DNA of 64,000 nucleotides. It comes from a virus (Duplodnaviria; Heunggongvirae; Uroviricota; Caudoviricetes). The translations under genes and the position numbers were made by a program. The stretch covers positions 103,998 to 167,997 of IMG/VR virus record IMGVR_UViG_3300049215_000227. The stretch is one strand, 5' to 3'. The notes under the pieces are model-generated. The model searched no databases, was not told where the DNA came from, and saw only the letters and a list, made by a program, of their open reading frames with translations. Shown here piece by piece: positions 48,727-56,000 of the stretch. Numbering within the stretch: position 1 is the first letter of the stretch; each line of letters opens with the position of its first letter.

Positions 48727-49023
48727 GAGACGAGCGAGGATATCGCGAGCCTTCCCAGGTTCGAGGAACTTCGCGGCTGCAAGAGCGACGTAGTGGATAA
48801 CGACCACCCACCGTGAGGTGAGCGACGGCTACAGAGACGAGTCGGCGAAAGCCGGGTGAAACGAGCGACAGCGTACGCGCAGCAACTGGAAATAGGTAAG
48901 CAGTGCTCCTGCTCGGAGGGCTTACGGGTACCAGGCTTGAGGCCAGAAGTAATTCTGGTCCTAGAGGGATGATGTCCTCCGCCGCACACACGGCGAAGAC
49001 AGAACCGCGGGTATTGCTCGTCT
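48727..49023 (+). ncRNA. rnpB-like: candidate RNase P RNA-like ribozyme (reduced type-A-like, about 297 nt)
   Basis: Terminal helix GAGACGAGC / GCUCGUCUC. GAGGAUAUCGCGAGCC resembles CR-I (GAGGAAAGUCCGGGCUCC), with compensating changes in an ACAGAACCGCGGGUAUU element resembling CR-V (ACAGAACCCGGCUUA). The 3' third runs parallel to E. coli M1 P15-P18: AAAUAGG...GCUUGAG-CCAG...CUGG-CCUAGA-UGAUG..UCC...ACAGAACC. The P3 and S-domain regions appear shortened. Confidence 0.4.
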
Positions 49024-49035
49024 CAAACAAATTTT

Positions 49036-49120
49036 GGAGAGTGAACTGATACGGGTTATCAGAGCCGCCTTGAAAGCGGATGGCTCCGCAAGGAGTAGGG
49101 TTCGAGTCCTTCGCTCTCCG
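49036..49120 (+). tRNA. tRNA-Ser(TGA), class II
   Basis: Acceptor GGAGAGT/GCTCTCC, G73 + CCA. Anticodon loop CTTGAAA. Long variable arm. T-loop TTCGAGT. Confidence 0.55.
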
Positions 49121-49225
49121 CCAAGTTGGGAGAAAGTTCCGGTTCGACTCCGGAGATAAGCCCACCGCCAGGTAACGCTGTTGGGTGGCCTAGTGTAACG
49201 GTTGCACGTCTCCCGTGCATTTTAT

Positions 49226-49313
49226 GGAAGGTTAACCGATACGGGTTATCGGCACTGCCTCGAAAGCAGATGGCTCCTGAATAGGGAGTGGGATTCGAGT
49301 TCTCAGCCTTCCG
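49226..49313 (+). tRNA. tRNA-Ser(CGA), class II
   Basis: Acceptor GGAAGGT/GCCTTCC, G73 + CCA. Anticodon loop CTCGAAA. Long variable arm. T-arm TGGGA-TTCGAGT-TCTCA. Homologous to 49036..49120. Confidence 0.55.
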
Positions 49314-49442
49314 CCAGGATTTATATGAGTGGCAATCAGTACAATAGTTTGCATGATCTTTTAAGTATGTTAGTAGCGTTGAATATCGTTGATAGGCAAG
49401 ACTTTGAATTAATGATAGACAAAGCTTATGATCAAGTTAAAT

Positions 49443-49530
49443 AGAGAGTGAACAGGTGAGGTCACCTGGCATGCCTGGAAAGCATTGCGCTCCTCGAAAG
49501 GGGAGTTCGTTTCGAGTACGACGCTCTCTG
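49443..49530 (+). tRNA. tRNA-Ser(GGA), class II
   Basis: Acceptor AGAGAGT/GCTCTCT, G73 + CCA. D-stem CAGG/CCTG. Anticodon loop CTGGAAA. Variable-arm hairpin CTCC..GGAG. Confidence 0.55.
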
Positions 49531-49538
49531 CCAGGTTT

Positions 49539-49745
49539 ATGAGTATGAATGAGTTGCTAGAAAAATACAAGTGCATGAACGAAGCATGCAAGGTAGAGTG
49601 GAGTGGAACTGTGGGTCCACCAAACTTCTGTCCTAAGTGCAAAGGCATGTACTGCGAGTGGCTGACGTTCAAGGACTGGGATTTTGACGGTGAAAGCTGG
49701 GTGAAGCGTGGAACATCATTGGTACCCGTGGCAGGTGATAACTGA
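49539..49745 (+). CDS. small zinc-ribbon protein
   Basis: ATG just past the tRNA. CMNEAC...CPKCKGMYC. Confidence 0.35.
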   Translation: MSMNELLEKYKCMNEACKVEWSGTVGPPNFCPKCKGMYCEWLTFKDWDFDGESWVKRGTSLVPVAGDN

Positions 49746-49810
49746 CCAAACCTGCTCGCGATGTGGAGCTAAGAGGTTCGGTAAGTATCCAGAAGAATGC
49801 AGTGGGATTT

Positions 49811-50140
49811 ATGAAGAAGAAAACAAAGATGTTCAGCGTGACCGCAGCGGATTGCCGCTGGGACGTCTTCCGCGGAAGCGGAGACGGAGGTCAGAAAAAG
49901 CAAAAGACGTCAAGCGGTGTCAGGTGCGTCCACGAGCCAAGCGGAGCCGAGGGAAAAGCAACCGACAGCAGAGAGCAAAGTAAGAACCGCAGGACAGCTT
50001 TCGAGAGGATGGTTAAGACACCAGAATTTCAGAGCTGGTTGAAGTTAAAGATTGAAGCTGGTCTTGGCAACGTAGAGATTGAAGAGACCACAGACAAAGG
50101 AAATAAGATTACCCGCAAGCTGGGTATGGAAGAAGTTTAA
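49811..50140 (+). CDS. ArfB-like peptidyl-tRNA hydrolase (class I release-factor GGQ domain)
   Basis: RGSGDGGQKKQKTSSGVRCVH matches GSGPGGQxVNKxSSAVRL of ArfB/RF, followed by a basic C-terminal tail as in ArfB. Confidence 0.5.
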   Translation: MKKKTKMFSVTAADCRWDVFRGSGDGGQKKQKTSSGVRCVHEPSGAEGKATDSREQSKNRRTAFERMVKTPEFQSWLKLKIEAGLGNVEIEETTDKGNKITRKLGMEEV

Positions 50141-50158
50141 AAAGTTTGGAGTGTGTTC

Positions 50159-50245
50159 CCTACGGCCGGCTGTAACCCGGTTGTCTCTAAATCGTAGGGT
50201 GGTAAGACGAATGGTTCGATTCCTTCACCCTCCACCAAATTTGCT
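50159..50245 (+). tRNA. tRNA-Tyr(GTA), class II
   Basis: Acceptor GGAGTGT/ACCCTCC (one mismatch), A73 + CCA. Anticodon stem GCCGG/CCGGT, loop CTGTAAC. Long variable arm. T-stem with a bulged T. Confidence 0.45.
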
Positions 50246-50253
50246 AGCTTAGA

Positions 50254-50327
50254 CCAATTGGCAGAGTCACTTCACTTAAAACGAAGTCAGTAAGGGTTCG
50301 ACTCCCTTAGCTAGCACCAAGCCCCAG
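50254..50327 (+). tRNA. tRNA with anticodon TAA (Leu-type) in a short-variable-arm (type I) scaffold
   Basis: Acceptor GCTAGCT/AGCTAGC, A73 + CCA. Anticodon loop CTTAAAA. 4-5 nt variable region. T-arm AAGGG-TTCGACT-CCCTT. Confidence 0.45.
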
Positions 50328-50331
50328 TAGA

Positions 50332-50405
50332 CCAACTGGAAGAGTCGTCTCTCTCAAAAAGAGAAGGTTGTGAGTTCGAATCTCACTTGGGGCACCAGAT
50401 TTAAG
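50332..50405 (+). tRNA. tRNA with anticodon CAA (Leu-type), type I scaffold
   Basis: Acceptor GCCCCAG/TTGGGGC, A73 + CCA. Anticodon stem TCTCT/AGAGA, loop CTCAAAA. T-arm GTGAG-TTCGAAT-CTCAC. Confidence 0.5.
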
Positions 50406-50428
50406 CCCTACTATGATACAGTTTAAGT

Positions 50429-50860
50429 ATGAAAAATTGTAGTAGATGTGAGCAAGATAAAGAAGAAAAGGACTTTAACAGGAGAGGAAAGAAGTTTTCG
50501 GTTTGGTGTAGAACTTGTTGTTCAGAGTACAACCGCGAGCGCTATAAAAATAGCAACGGAAAAGTACGCAAAAAATTAAAGCAGCAAGAAGCAGCACGCA
50601 AGCTTGAAATAGAAAAGAAAATAGTCGACCATCTCAAAAACAATCCGTGTGTAAAATGCCAAGAATCAAACATTTTAGTTTTGGACTTTGATCATATTCG
50701 TGGCGAGAAAGAGTTTAACATAGCTAAAGCAATATGGGATGTTTACTCTTGGGAAAGAATTGAAAAAGAGATTGCAAAATGTCAAGTGTTGTGTGCTAAC
50801 TGTCATAGAATAAAAACAGCTAAACAACTAAACACTTGGAAATTAAAGTATATCCCATAA
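50429..50860 (+). CDS. HNH homing endonuclease
   Basis: CVKCQESNILVLDFDHIRGEK...CANCH HNH motif. Sits between tRNA arrays. Confidence 0.6.
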   Translation: MKNCSRCEQDKEEKDFNRRGKKFSVWCRTCCSEYNRERYKNSNGKVRKKLKQQEAARKLEIEKKIVDHLKNNPCVKCQESNILVLDFDHIRGEKEFNIAKAIWDVYSWERIEKEIAKCQVLCANCHRIKTAKQLNTWKLKYIP

Positions 50861-50870
50861 AGGAGATTTT

Positions 50871-51224
50871 ATGGGAGTAACTACACGTGAAGCAGATGAA
50901 TGGGCAAGTGGCTGCAGCAAAAGTTCAAGGAGAAATTACGTAAACAATTTTAATCGTAATCAGCCAGCGCATGAGAGAGCAATTTGGGGCCCAATGTCCC
51001 ACGGCAATTCTAGTTCTAAACCCTCTCAAGTCGAAGTAGCGCAGCGCTTGCGTGAACGATTATGTAGATATAAAGGTGTTTACGAAATAGTCATAGAAAC
51101 ACAAGTATGGGGTTTAGAATATCAAATTTTTGAAAAGGAAACTAACAAGTTCATAGGCGGTTATCCCACCCAGGAGATAGCGATGAAAATAGCCAATGAA
51201 CGATTTGACAAAAGAAAAATTTAA
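50871..51224 (+). CDS. hypothetical protein
   Basis: 117 aa. RBS AAGGAGA. Confidence 0.4.
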   Translation: MGVTTREADEWASGCSKSSRRNYVNNFNRNQPAHERAIWGPMSHGNSSSKPSQVEVAQRLRERLCRYKGVYEIVIETQVWGLEYQIFEKETNKFIGGYPTQEIAMKIANERFDKRKI

Positions 51225-51227
51225 CGT

Positions 51228-51295
51228 GGTCCCACCTGTGGATAGGTACTTAGCCTTCTAAGCTGAGGAAGTAGGTTCGACTCCTACTGGGACTA
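51228..51295 (+). tRNA. tRNA-Arg(TCT), compact 68-nt form
   Basis: Acceptor GGTCCCA/TGGGACT, A73 + CCA. Reduced D-arm. Anticodon stem TTAGC/GCTGA, loop CTTCTAA. T-arm GTAGG-TTCGACT-CCTAC. Confidence 0.45.
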
Positions 51296-51299
51296 CCAT

Positions 51300-51373
51300 G
51301 CTCAAGTAACCCAACTGGAAGAGGTACTAGGTCGAGAGCCTAGGTGTTGTGGGTTCGACTCCCACCTTGAGCA
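51300..51373 (+). tRNA. tRNA with anticodon GAG (Leu-type), type I scaffold
   Basis: Acceptor GCTCAAG/CTTGAGC, A73 + CCA. Anticodon stem CTAGG/CCTAG, loop TCGAGAG. T-arm GTGGG-TTCGACT-CCCAC. Confidence 0.45.
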
Positions 51374-51381
51374 CCAAGTTT

Positions 51382-51449
51382 GTCCCCGCCCGAGGATGGG
51401 TCGTTGGTTTCCTAAACCGACAAAGCCGGTTCGACTCCGACCGGGGATA
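51382..51449 (+). tRNA. tRNA-Arg(CCT), compact 68-nt form
   Basis: Aligns position-by-position with 51228..51295. Acceptor GTCCCCG/CGGGGAT, A73 + CCA. Anticodon stem TTGGT/ACCGA, loop TTCCTAA. Confidence 0.45.
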
Positions 51450-51457
51450 CCAGATTT

Positions 51458-51543
51458 GGAGAGTGAACTAGGGAGGTCCCTGGTCTTGTTTGCTAAACAA
51501 TGAGCTCCCGCAAGGGAGTGCGTTTCGAGTACGCCGCTCTCCG
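51458..51543 (+). tRNA. tRNA-Ser(GCT), class II
   Basis: Acceptor GGAGAGT/GCTCTCC, G73 + CCA. D-stem CTAG/CTGG. Anticodon loop TTGCTAA. Long variable arm. Confidence 0.55.
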
Positions 51544-51620
51544 CCATAATTCAACTCACAAGTCGTAAAAATACAGGATCCCTGGAGAGATTTGATTTAC
51601 TCAACTGGTAAAATGTAGCG

Positions 51621-51833
51621 ATGCGCACGTATGACCGCCAGAGCAGCAGAAATCAGTCTAGGATTGATTGGGAAGACGAGCAGGATAGCTTGTACTGGTG
51701 CGACTACTTCATCAGGGACGACATGTGGGAAGGTCCCTCGATGGAGGATGTCATGCTTGGTCGCCTGTTCACGATGTTGACTAAGTTACAAATTAGGTCT
51801 GCTAAGGTTCAATTAGAGTACTTGTATTGGTGA
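51621..51833 (+). CDS. hypothetical protein
   Basis: 70 aa. Confidence 0.3.
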   Translation: MRTYDRQSSRNQSRIDWEDEQDSLYWCDYFIRDDMWEGPSMEDVMLGRLFTMLTKLQIRSAKVQLEYLYW

Positions 51834-51846
51834 TATAATAAGCTGT

Positions 51847-52206
51847 ATGAAGCAGCTTATTAAGCACATCAAAGATAGAGTAGTCGGCAAGGTTCCAGCT
51901 GGGTCAAAGCGCTCAGGTCACTGGCCTAAGGTTAGAGCTGATCACTTAGTTGCCAACCCCAAGTGCGCCGTGTGCGGCGGGGACAAGAACCTAGAAGTTC
52001 ACCACATCAAGCCCTTCCATCTTCACCCCGATCTGGAATTGAATCCGGATAATCTCATCACCCTCTGCGAGAGCAAGCTCAACGGCGTCAACTGCCACCT
52101 TCTCTTCGGTCACCTAGGATCCTTTAAGTCATTCAACGTAGACGTCAAGAAAGACTCGACGGATTGGATCGACAAGATCAAGAACCGCCCAACGCACGAA
52201 TCCTGA
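51847..52206 (+). CDS. HNH endonuclease
   Basis: CAVCGGDKNLEVHHIKPF...NLITLCESKLNGVNCH. Confidence 0.55.
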   Translation: MKQLIKHIKDRVVGKVPAGSKRSGHWPKVRADHLVANPKCAVCGGDKNLEVHHIKPFHLHPDLELNPDNLITLCESKLNGVNCHLLFGHLGSFKSFNVDVKKDSTDWIDKIKNRPTHES

Positions 52207-52216
52207 TCGTATAAAG
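52201..52216 (+). promoter_or_regulatory. promoter-like motif A (TCCTGATCGTATAAAG)
   Basis: Copy of motif A directly upstream of ORF 52222. Confidence 0.4.
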
Positions 52217-52221
52217 ATGTC

Positions 52222-52680
52222 GTGAACATCTTTGTTACAGATGAGGATCCACGTGTATCTGCGCAAGCTCTCGACGACAAGCGCGTAATCAAGATGATTC
52301 TTGAGTCAGCTCAGATGCTGTCAACTGCCATGAACGTCCGCGGTGGCAAGGGTCCATACAAGACAACACATGTCAACCATCCATGTTCCGTATGGGCTAG
52401 GACAAGCAGGGATAATTACGTGTGGCTGCTGATGCACTTCTCGGCGCTATGCGACGAGTACTCGCTTCGCTACGGGAAGCTACACAAGTGCGGCAGCTAT
52501 TTTCCGGAGTTCACTCTTGGCGCGATGCTCATTCCAGCTGGACCGCTTACGCCATTTGCCAACTGCACTCCGCACAAGAATCTTGAAACGATCACTGCGT
52601 ATCGCCTCACCATGAAGGAAAAGTGGGCAGCCGACAAGCGCAAGCCCACCTGGAAAAATAATTTTGCATTTAGCTGGTAG
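52222..52680 (+). CDS. possible pyrimidine-dimer DNA glycosylase (DenV/endonuclease V-like)
   Basis: NHPCSVWARTSRDNYVWLLMHFSALCDEY and a C-terminal KPTWKN resemble the GHP..fW / L..rH...EM..RGY / RPTWYK motifs of the T4 DenV family. Tentative. Confidence 0.3.
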   Translation: MNIFVTDEDPRVSAQALDDKRVIKMILESAQMLSTAMNVRGGKGPYKTTHVNHPCSVWARTSRDNYVWLLMHFSALCDEYSLRYGKLHKCGSYFPEFTLGAMLIPAGPLTPFANCTPHKNLETITAYRLTMKEKWAADKRKPTWKNNFAFSW

Positions 52681-52695
52681 TCCTGGTATACTAAT
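52681..52695 (+). promoter_or_regulatory. promoter-like motif A variant (TCCTGGTATACTAAT) upstream of tRNA array D
   Basis: Variant of motif A, followed by a GGTGTGCGTTGG...CCAACCACACC hairpin leader. Confidence 0.35.
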
Positions 52696-52813
52696 CTTAT
52701 GAACAACGCAATCTACACAATCCAGTTCATGGAAGCCGAGCAAGAACGTTCGGTGTGCGTTGGTCTATTCGCTTAATCCCAACCACACCTAAATTCTCCT
52801 CTTAAGCAACCGT

Positions 52814-52888
52814 GGCGCGTTCGTCTACGCTTGGCTAGGATACTTGGCTTTCAACCAGGAGAACCGGGATCGACACCCGGCCGCGCTT
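52814..52888 (+). tRNA. tRNA-Glu(TTC) with non-canonical T-loop AUCGACA
   Basis: Acceptor GGCGCGT/CCGCGCT (6/7 paired) + T + CCA. Anticodon stem CTTGG/CCAGG, loop CTTTCAA. T-arm CCGGG-ATCGACA-CCCGG. Confidence 0.45.
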
Positions 52889-52896
52889 CCATACAT

Positions 52897-52970
52897 GTCC
52901 GCATCGTCTACGCTGGCTAGGACCTCCGATTCTCAGTCGGAAAAACTCGGATCGACACCGAGTGCGGATA
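52897..52970 (+). tRNA. tRNA-Glu(CTC) with non-canonical T-loop AUCGACA
   Basis: Acceptor GTCCGCA/TGCGGAT, A73 + CCA. D-stem GTCT/GGAC. Anticodon stem TCCGA/TCGGA, loop TTCTCAG. T-arm CTCGG-ATCGACA-CCGAG. Confidence 0.5.
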
Positions 52971-52997
52971 CCAAATTTTCTGATTCTAAAATCTCCC

Positions 52998-53594
52998 ATG
53001 GAAAGACGCTTTGTCAAGTTGGGAGATAAGTACTACATGGTTGAAGTCAACGAAAAAGGACTTCAACTCGTTCCTGCCACCCAAGAAAATATCGTTGACG
53101 AAACTCTCGAGCACGCTATCGTTGGAGATGACGTCGAGTTGGGCGGCAACTTCCTACAAAAAATCGTCGATGACGCCAAGAACGAACTCGTCGAGCATCT
53201 CAAGTATGGTCTCAAAGAGACTGTGCTAGCTTGCCTCGGTTTTGAAAAGAACACGTGGGGCAACCAAAAAGGTTTTAAAGTTGACCACTGCAACGGTCGA
53301 ATGAGTGAAGTAACTAATCACATCAAGGTTACTCTTCAGCAAATCCTCAAGGATACTAAAGTAGAAGACCTTGGCATCACTGACAAAGAGAAGTCATACT
53401 TGTGCCAAGCGTACAGAAAAGACCTGCTTGAGCATTACCAGCGCGAGCTTCGCGGTCGCATGTGGCGCGAAGTTGAGCACATGGCTCACGAAGACGCTAA
53501 GAAGATTGCAGACGGCTTGATCAAGGAGCGCACGGAAACGGTCGGCAAGATCGTCCTCGACAAGCTCTTCGCTTCTGTCCCTAAGAAGGTGTAA
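52998..53594 (+). CDS. hypothetical protein
   Basis: In-frame ATG after the tRNA (MERRFVKLGDKYY...). Confidence 0.4.
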   Translation: MERRFVKLGDKYYMVEVNEKGLQLVPATQENIVDETLEHAIVGDDVELGGNFLQKIVDDAKNELVEHLKYGLKETVLACLGFEKNTWGNQKGFKVDHCNGRMSEVTNHIKVTLQQILKDTKVEDLGITDKEKSYLCQAYRKDLLEHYQRELRGRMWREVEHMAHEDAKKIADGLIKERTETVGKIVLDKLFASVPKKV

Positions 53595-53596
53595 CG

Positions 53597-54193
53597 ATGG
53601 GTTGCGATATCCACATGTTCCTGGAGTACCGCTGCGGTAACGGCATGCCTTGGCAAGCCGACGACCACCACGTTCCTACGTGGGAGAGTCGCTGCAAGGA
53701 CGACGAGCCGGACAACAAGGAAAAGTGGTGCGACCATTGTCTTAACGACGGTGACCAGCAAATCTACTGCGACAGCGGTTATCTAGACTTCCGCCAGATC
53801 GATGCAACGACTCGAGACTATGGTCTCTTTGGCTTACTTGCCAACGTAAGATCTAGCGGACCGCGCGACCCGCGAGGTCTCCCAGAAGACGTAAGCGACA
53901 TGATCAAGGCGGCTGCAGACAAGTGGGACTCTGACGGCCACTCTCACTCCTTCATGACTCTTGAGGAGTTTAAGAATGTCCTCCTCGAAGAGGCAAAGTA
54001 TCCTGTCTCAACTAGCGACGTTGCCTTCTATGAGTGGGAAGACTTTGAGCGCGGCAAGTATCCGCCATCCTTCACTTCAATCATTAACTACGCAGAAAAA
54101 CTGAAACAAGAGAAGAGCATCGATAAACATCTCCTTGGAGAAGGCACGACGTCTGAAGTCCAAGTAAGAGTTGTATTTTGGTTTGATAACTGA
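53597..54193 (+). CDS. hypothetical protein (Cys/His-rich N-terminus)
   Basis: 198 aa with CDIHMF...CKDDEPDNKEKWCDHC. Confidence 0.4.
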   Translation: MGCDIHMFLEYRCGNGMPWQADDHHVPTWESRCKDDEPDNKEKWCDHCLNDGDQQIYCDSGYLDFRQIDATTRDYGLFGLLANVRSSGPRDPRGLPEDVSDMIKAAADKWDSDGHSHSFMTLEEFKNVLLEEAKYPVSTSDVAFYEWEDFERGKYPPSFTSIINYAEKLKQEKSIDKHLLGEGTTSEVQVRVVFWFDN

Positions 54194-54199
54194 GGTTTT

Positions 54200-54637
54200 A
54201 TGAGTTGGTTCACGGTATATCTAGTCACTTGTTTAGTCATTCCAACTATATATGGGATGGCTTCAATCGAGGAGCACGACAAGGATACGCACGTCACGAT
54301 CAAGCACCCCGTTGAGTCTATAGCTGTGGGTCTCTTCGCGTTGCTCTGGCCTATCGCCATCCCGCTCGACATCGTGAGCAGGATCAAAGAAAACTTCAAG
54401 AAGAACACGACCAGTCGGGCTAAGGATATTTTAGGTGAATACGGCTTCTCAGATCGAGGCGAAAGAAGTAGGAATCGCGACGGCGACTTGTCGTTCTTGG
54501 TCAACATGTCCGAGTCTGATCTCAAGACAGTTATGTTGGCTTATCGACGCAAGTGGATTAGCCTCAGTTCCCAAAACTTCGAGATGATCCGGAATGAGCT
54601 CATGAACCGCAACGCGGAGAGGGACCTGCTCAAATGA
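54200..54637 (+). CDS. membrane protein
   Basis: Two transmembrane helices at the N-terminus. Confidence 0.4.
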   Translation: MSWFTVYLVTCLVIPTIYGMASIEEHDKDTHVTIKHPVESIAVGLFALLWPIAIPLDIVSRIKENFKKNTTSRAKDILGEYGFSDRGERSRNRDGDLSFLVNMSESDLKTVMLAYRRKWISLSSQNFEMIRNELMNRNAERDLLK

Positions 54638-54960
54638 GTGACCTAGCGCATCAATTCCACGTACTCCTGAAACAATTGAGAGCAGACGGGAACGACGTGC
54701 GCATCGTGTATGACGTCCCCAAAGGAACGCTAACCTTTCAAGGTTGCATCAAGTTTGAAGGAGATCGCAATGGGCGAAGTTATTCAGCTGCACAAGCATC
54801 GGGAGAGCAAGGAACTGACGGAGTACAAGTCGATGCTGCTCCAGATGGACAAGCTCGAGCTGATGGAGGAGATGGTTCGCTTTCAAGAGTGGAGAGCTCG
54901 GGAAGGCAGGCTGACGATGGAGATGATGCAGCGAGGAATTCCGCTGTTCCAAGCGCTTGA
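54634..54960 (+). CDS. hypothetical protein (3' half probably off-frame read-through)
   Basis: Begins plausibly, then turns Gly/Asp/Ala-rich where it overlaps 54770..55057. Confidence 0.25.
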   Translation: MSDLAHQFHVLLKQLRADGNDVRIVYDVPKGTLTFQGCIKFEGDRNGRSYSAAQASGEQGTDGVQVDAAPDGQARADGGDGSLSRVESSGRQADDGDDAARNSAVPSA

Positions 54961-55057
54961 GAACGCCGCTGAAACTATTGAGCTGCGGACCTTGACGCGC
55001 TCGTATCGTCGTCATCTGGAGTTTGAGCTTGCCGCAAAAACCGATCCTCAAGCTTAG
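54770..55057 (+). CDS. hypothetical helical protein
   Basis: ATG after a strong AAGGAG RBS (MGEVIQLHKH...). Confidence 0.45.
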   Translation: MGEVIQLHKHRESKELTEYKSMLLQMDKLELMEEMVRFQEWRAREGRLTMEMMQRGIPLFQALENAAETIELRTLTRSYRRHLEFELAAKTDPQA

Positions 55058-55589
55058 ACCATCGCAGCTAGTGCTCGGCATGATTGAGGTCGACGCCAAG
55101 ATCAAGAAGATCAGGCGCATGACGCTCAAGCAGAAGCGCAAGTACGTCAGCGACAAGAAGATTCCAGTCGTCAAGTACTACGAAGAGTTCTACATCATCG
55201 ACCATCACCACTTCGTGCGAGCGTGCTGGGAAACTGGCATCAAGAAGGTTCAAGTAAAAGTAATCGCAGACTTCACTGGCATGAGCGAGCACAGTCTCAT
55301 GCACGAGATGAAGGACAGAGGTTGGATTTACAACAGAAGTTTGACCGGCGGAAAATGCGACAGCATGGCTTGGTTTCCAGCTGACATCCGTTGCATGGCC
55401 GACGATCCATACAGAAGCCTATCCTGGGCAGTCAGGGAAGCTGGCGGGTATCCAAAGACTGGCAAACCGTTTGAAGAGTTTGAGTGGGCAGACAAGCTTC
55501 GACAAGTCATTAAGATTGAGGACTTACGTTCCAACTTTAACAAGGCCGTAAAGATGGCCCTTAGGCACGTAAAGAAGAGCAAAAAATAA
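55023..55589 (+). CDS. ParB/Srx-like nuclease-domain protein
   Basis: IPVVKYYEEFYIIDHHHFVRAC matches the ParB-like nuclease domain (GHHRxxA box). Confidence 0.4.
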   Translation: MSLPQKPILKLRPSQLVLGMIEVDAKIKKIRRMTLKQKRKYVSDKKIPVVKYYEEFYIIDHHHFVRACWETGIKKVQVKVIADFTGMSEHSLMHEMKDRGWIYNRSLTGGKCDSMAWFPADIRCMADDPYRSLSWAVREAGGYPKTGKPFEEFEWADKLRQVIKIEDLRSNFNKAVKMALRHVKKSKK

Positions 55590-55603
55590 TTTTTTAAATT
55601 AGC

Positions 55604-55624
55604 AAAAACACGTGGTAGAATAAT
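55604..55624 (+). promoter_or_regulatory. promoter-like motif C (AAAAACACGTGGTAGAATAAT) upstream of tRNA array E
   Basis: Second copy of motif C, preceded by TTTTTTAAATT. Confidence 0.45.
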
Positions 55625-55805
55625 CTCATGTTTACGACATTCGACACAAATTCAGTTCTGAAAGGGATGCAGCGCGATCTACGCGCTATCGCACCCCCAT
55701 GTGTCGCAGGTAGCATTGACGGCCATAAGCCTCAAACTACCAAACGCCTCCCGCTTTGGGCGTAATAATAAATACGATAGCGGAACTCAACTAAAAATTT
55801 AATAC

Positions 55806-55877
55806 GGGCCGTCATGTACCAAGGTGGCGAACTGCACTTGCACTGCGGTTGGGTCGATTCGATTTCGACACGGTCCA
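55806..55877 (+). tRNA. tRNA-Ala(TGC)
   Basis: Acceptor GGGCCGT/ACGGTCC, A73 + CCA. Anticodon stem CTGCA/TGCGG, loop CTTGCAC. T-arm GTCGA-TTCGATT-TCGAC. Confidence 0.4.
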
Positions 55878-55916
55878 CCAACTTTAACGCGCTATTTAGC
55901 GCATGTTTTTAAAAAC

Positions 55917-55987
55917 GGGGTTATAGCTCAGTGGTAGAGCTACCGGCTCTTAACCGGAAGACCAGTGTTCGATTCACTGTAGCCCCA
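55917..55987 (+). tRNA. tRNA-Lys(CTT)
   Basis: Canonical fold. Acceptor GGGGTTA/TAGCCCC, A73 + CCA. D-arm GCTC-AGTGGTA-GAGC. Anticodon loop CTCTTAA. T-arm CAGTG-TTCGATT-CACTG. Confidence 0.6.
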
Positions 55988-56000
55988 CCAAAGTTTATGT

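Noticed and set aside
48727-49023. tmRNA interpretation of the structured element
   Set aside because: There is no 3' T-arm, no ACCA terminus and no tag-peptide reading frame. The conserved blocks match RNase P CR-I, CR-V and P15-P18 instead.
49124-49170. Calling 49124-49170 a complete tRNA
   Set aside because: Only about 14 nt lie between the previous tRNA's CCA and this T-arm, so there is no room for acceptor, D- and anticodon arms. It is kept as a fragment or permuted-half hypothesis.
48390-49672. Minus-strand ORFs (48390..48632, 48502..48807, 48629..49165, 48681..48989, 49409..49672) and plus ORF 49202..49444 across tRNA array A
   Set aside because: They run through back-to-back tRNA genes and the RNase P-like element. 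Their translations are Arg/Ser/Pro-rich, typical of reading structured GC-rich RNA genes. No RBS is present.
51302-53029. ORFs 51302..51547(-), 52835..53017(-), 52844..53029(+) and 52480..52743(-)
   Set aside because: They overlap tRNA genes or are antisense to ORF 52222.
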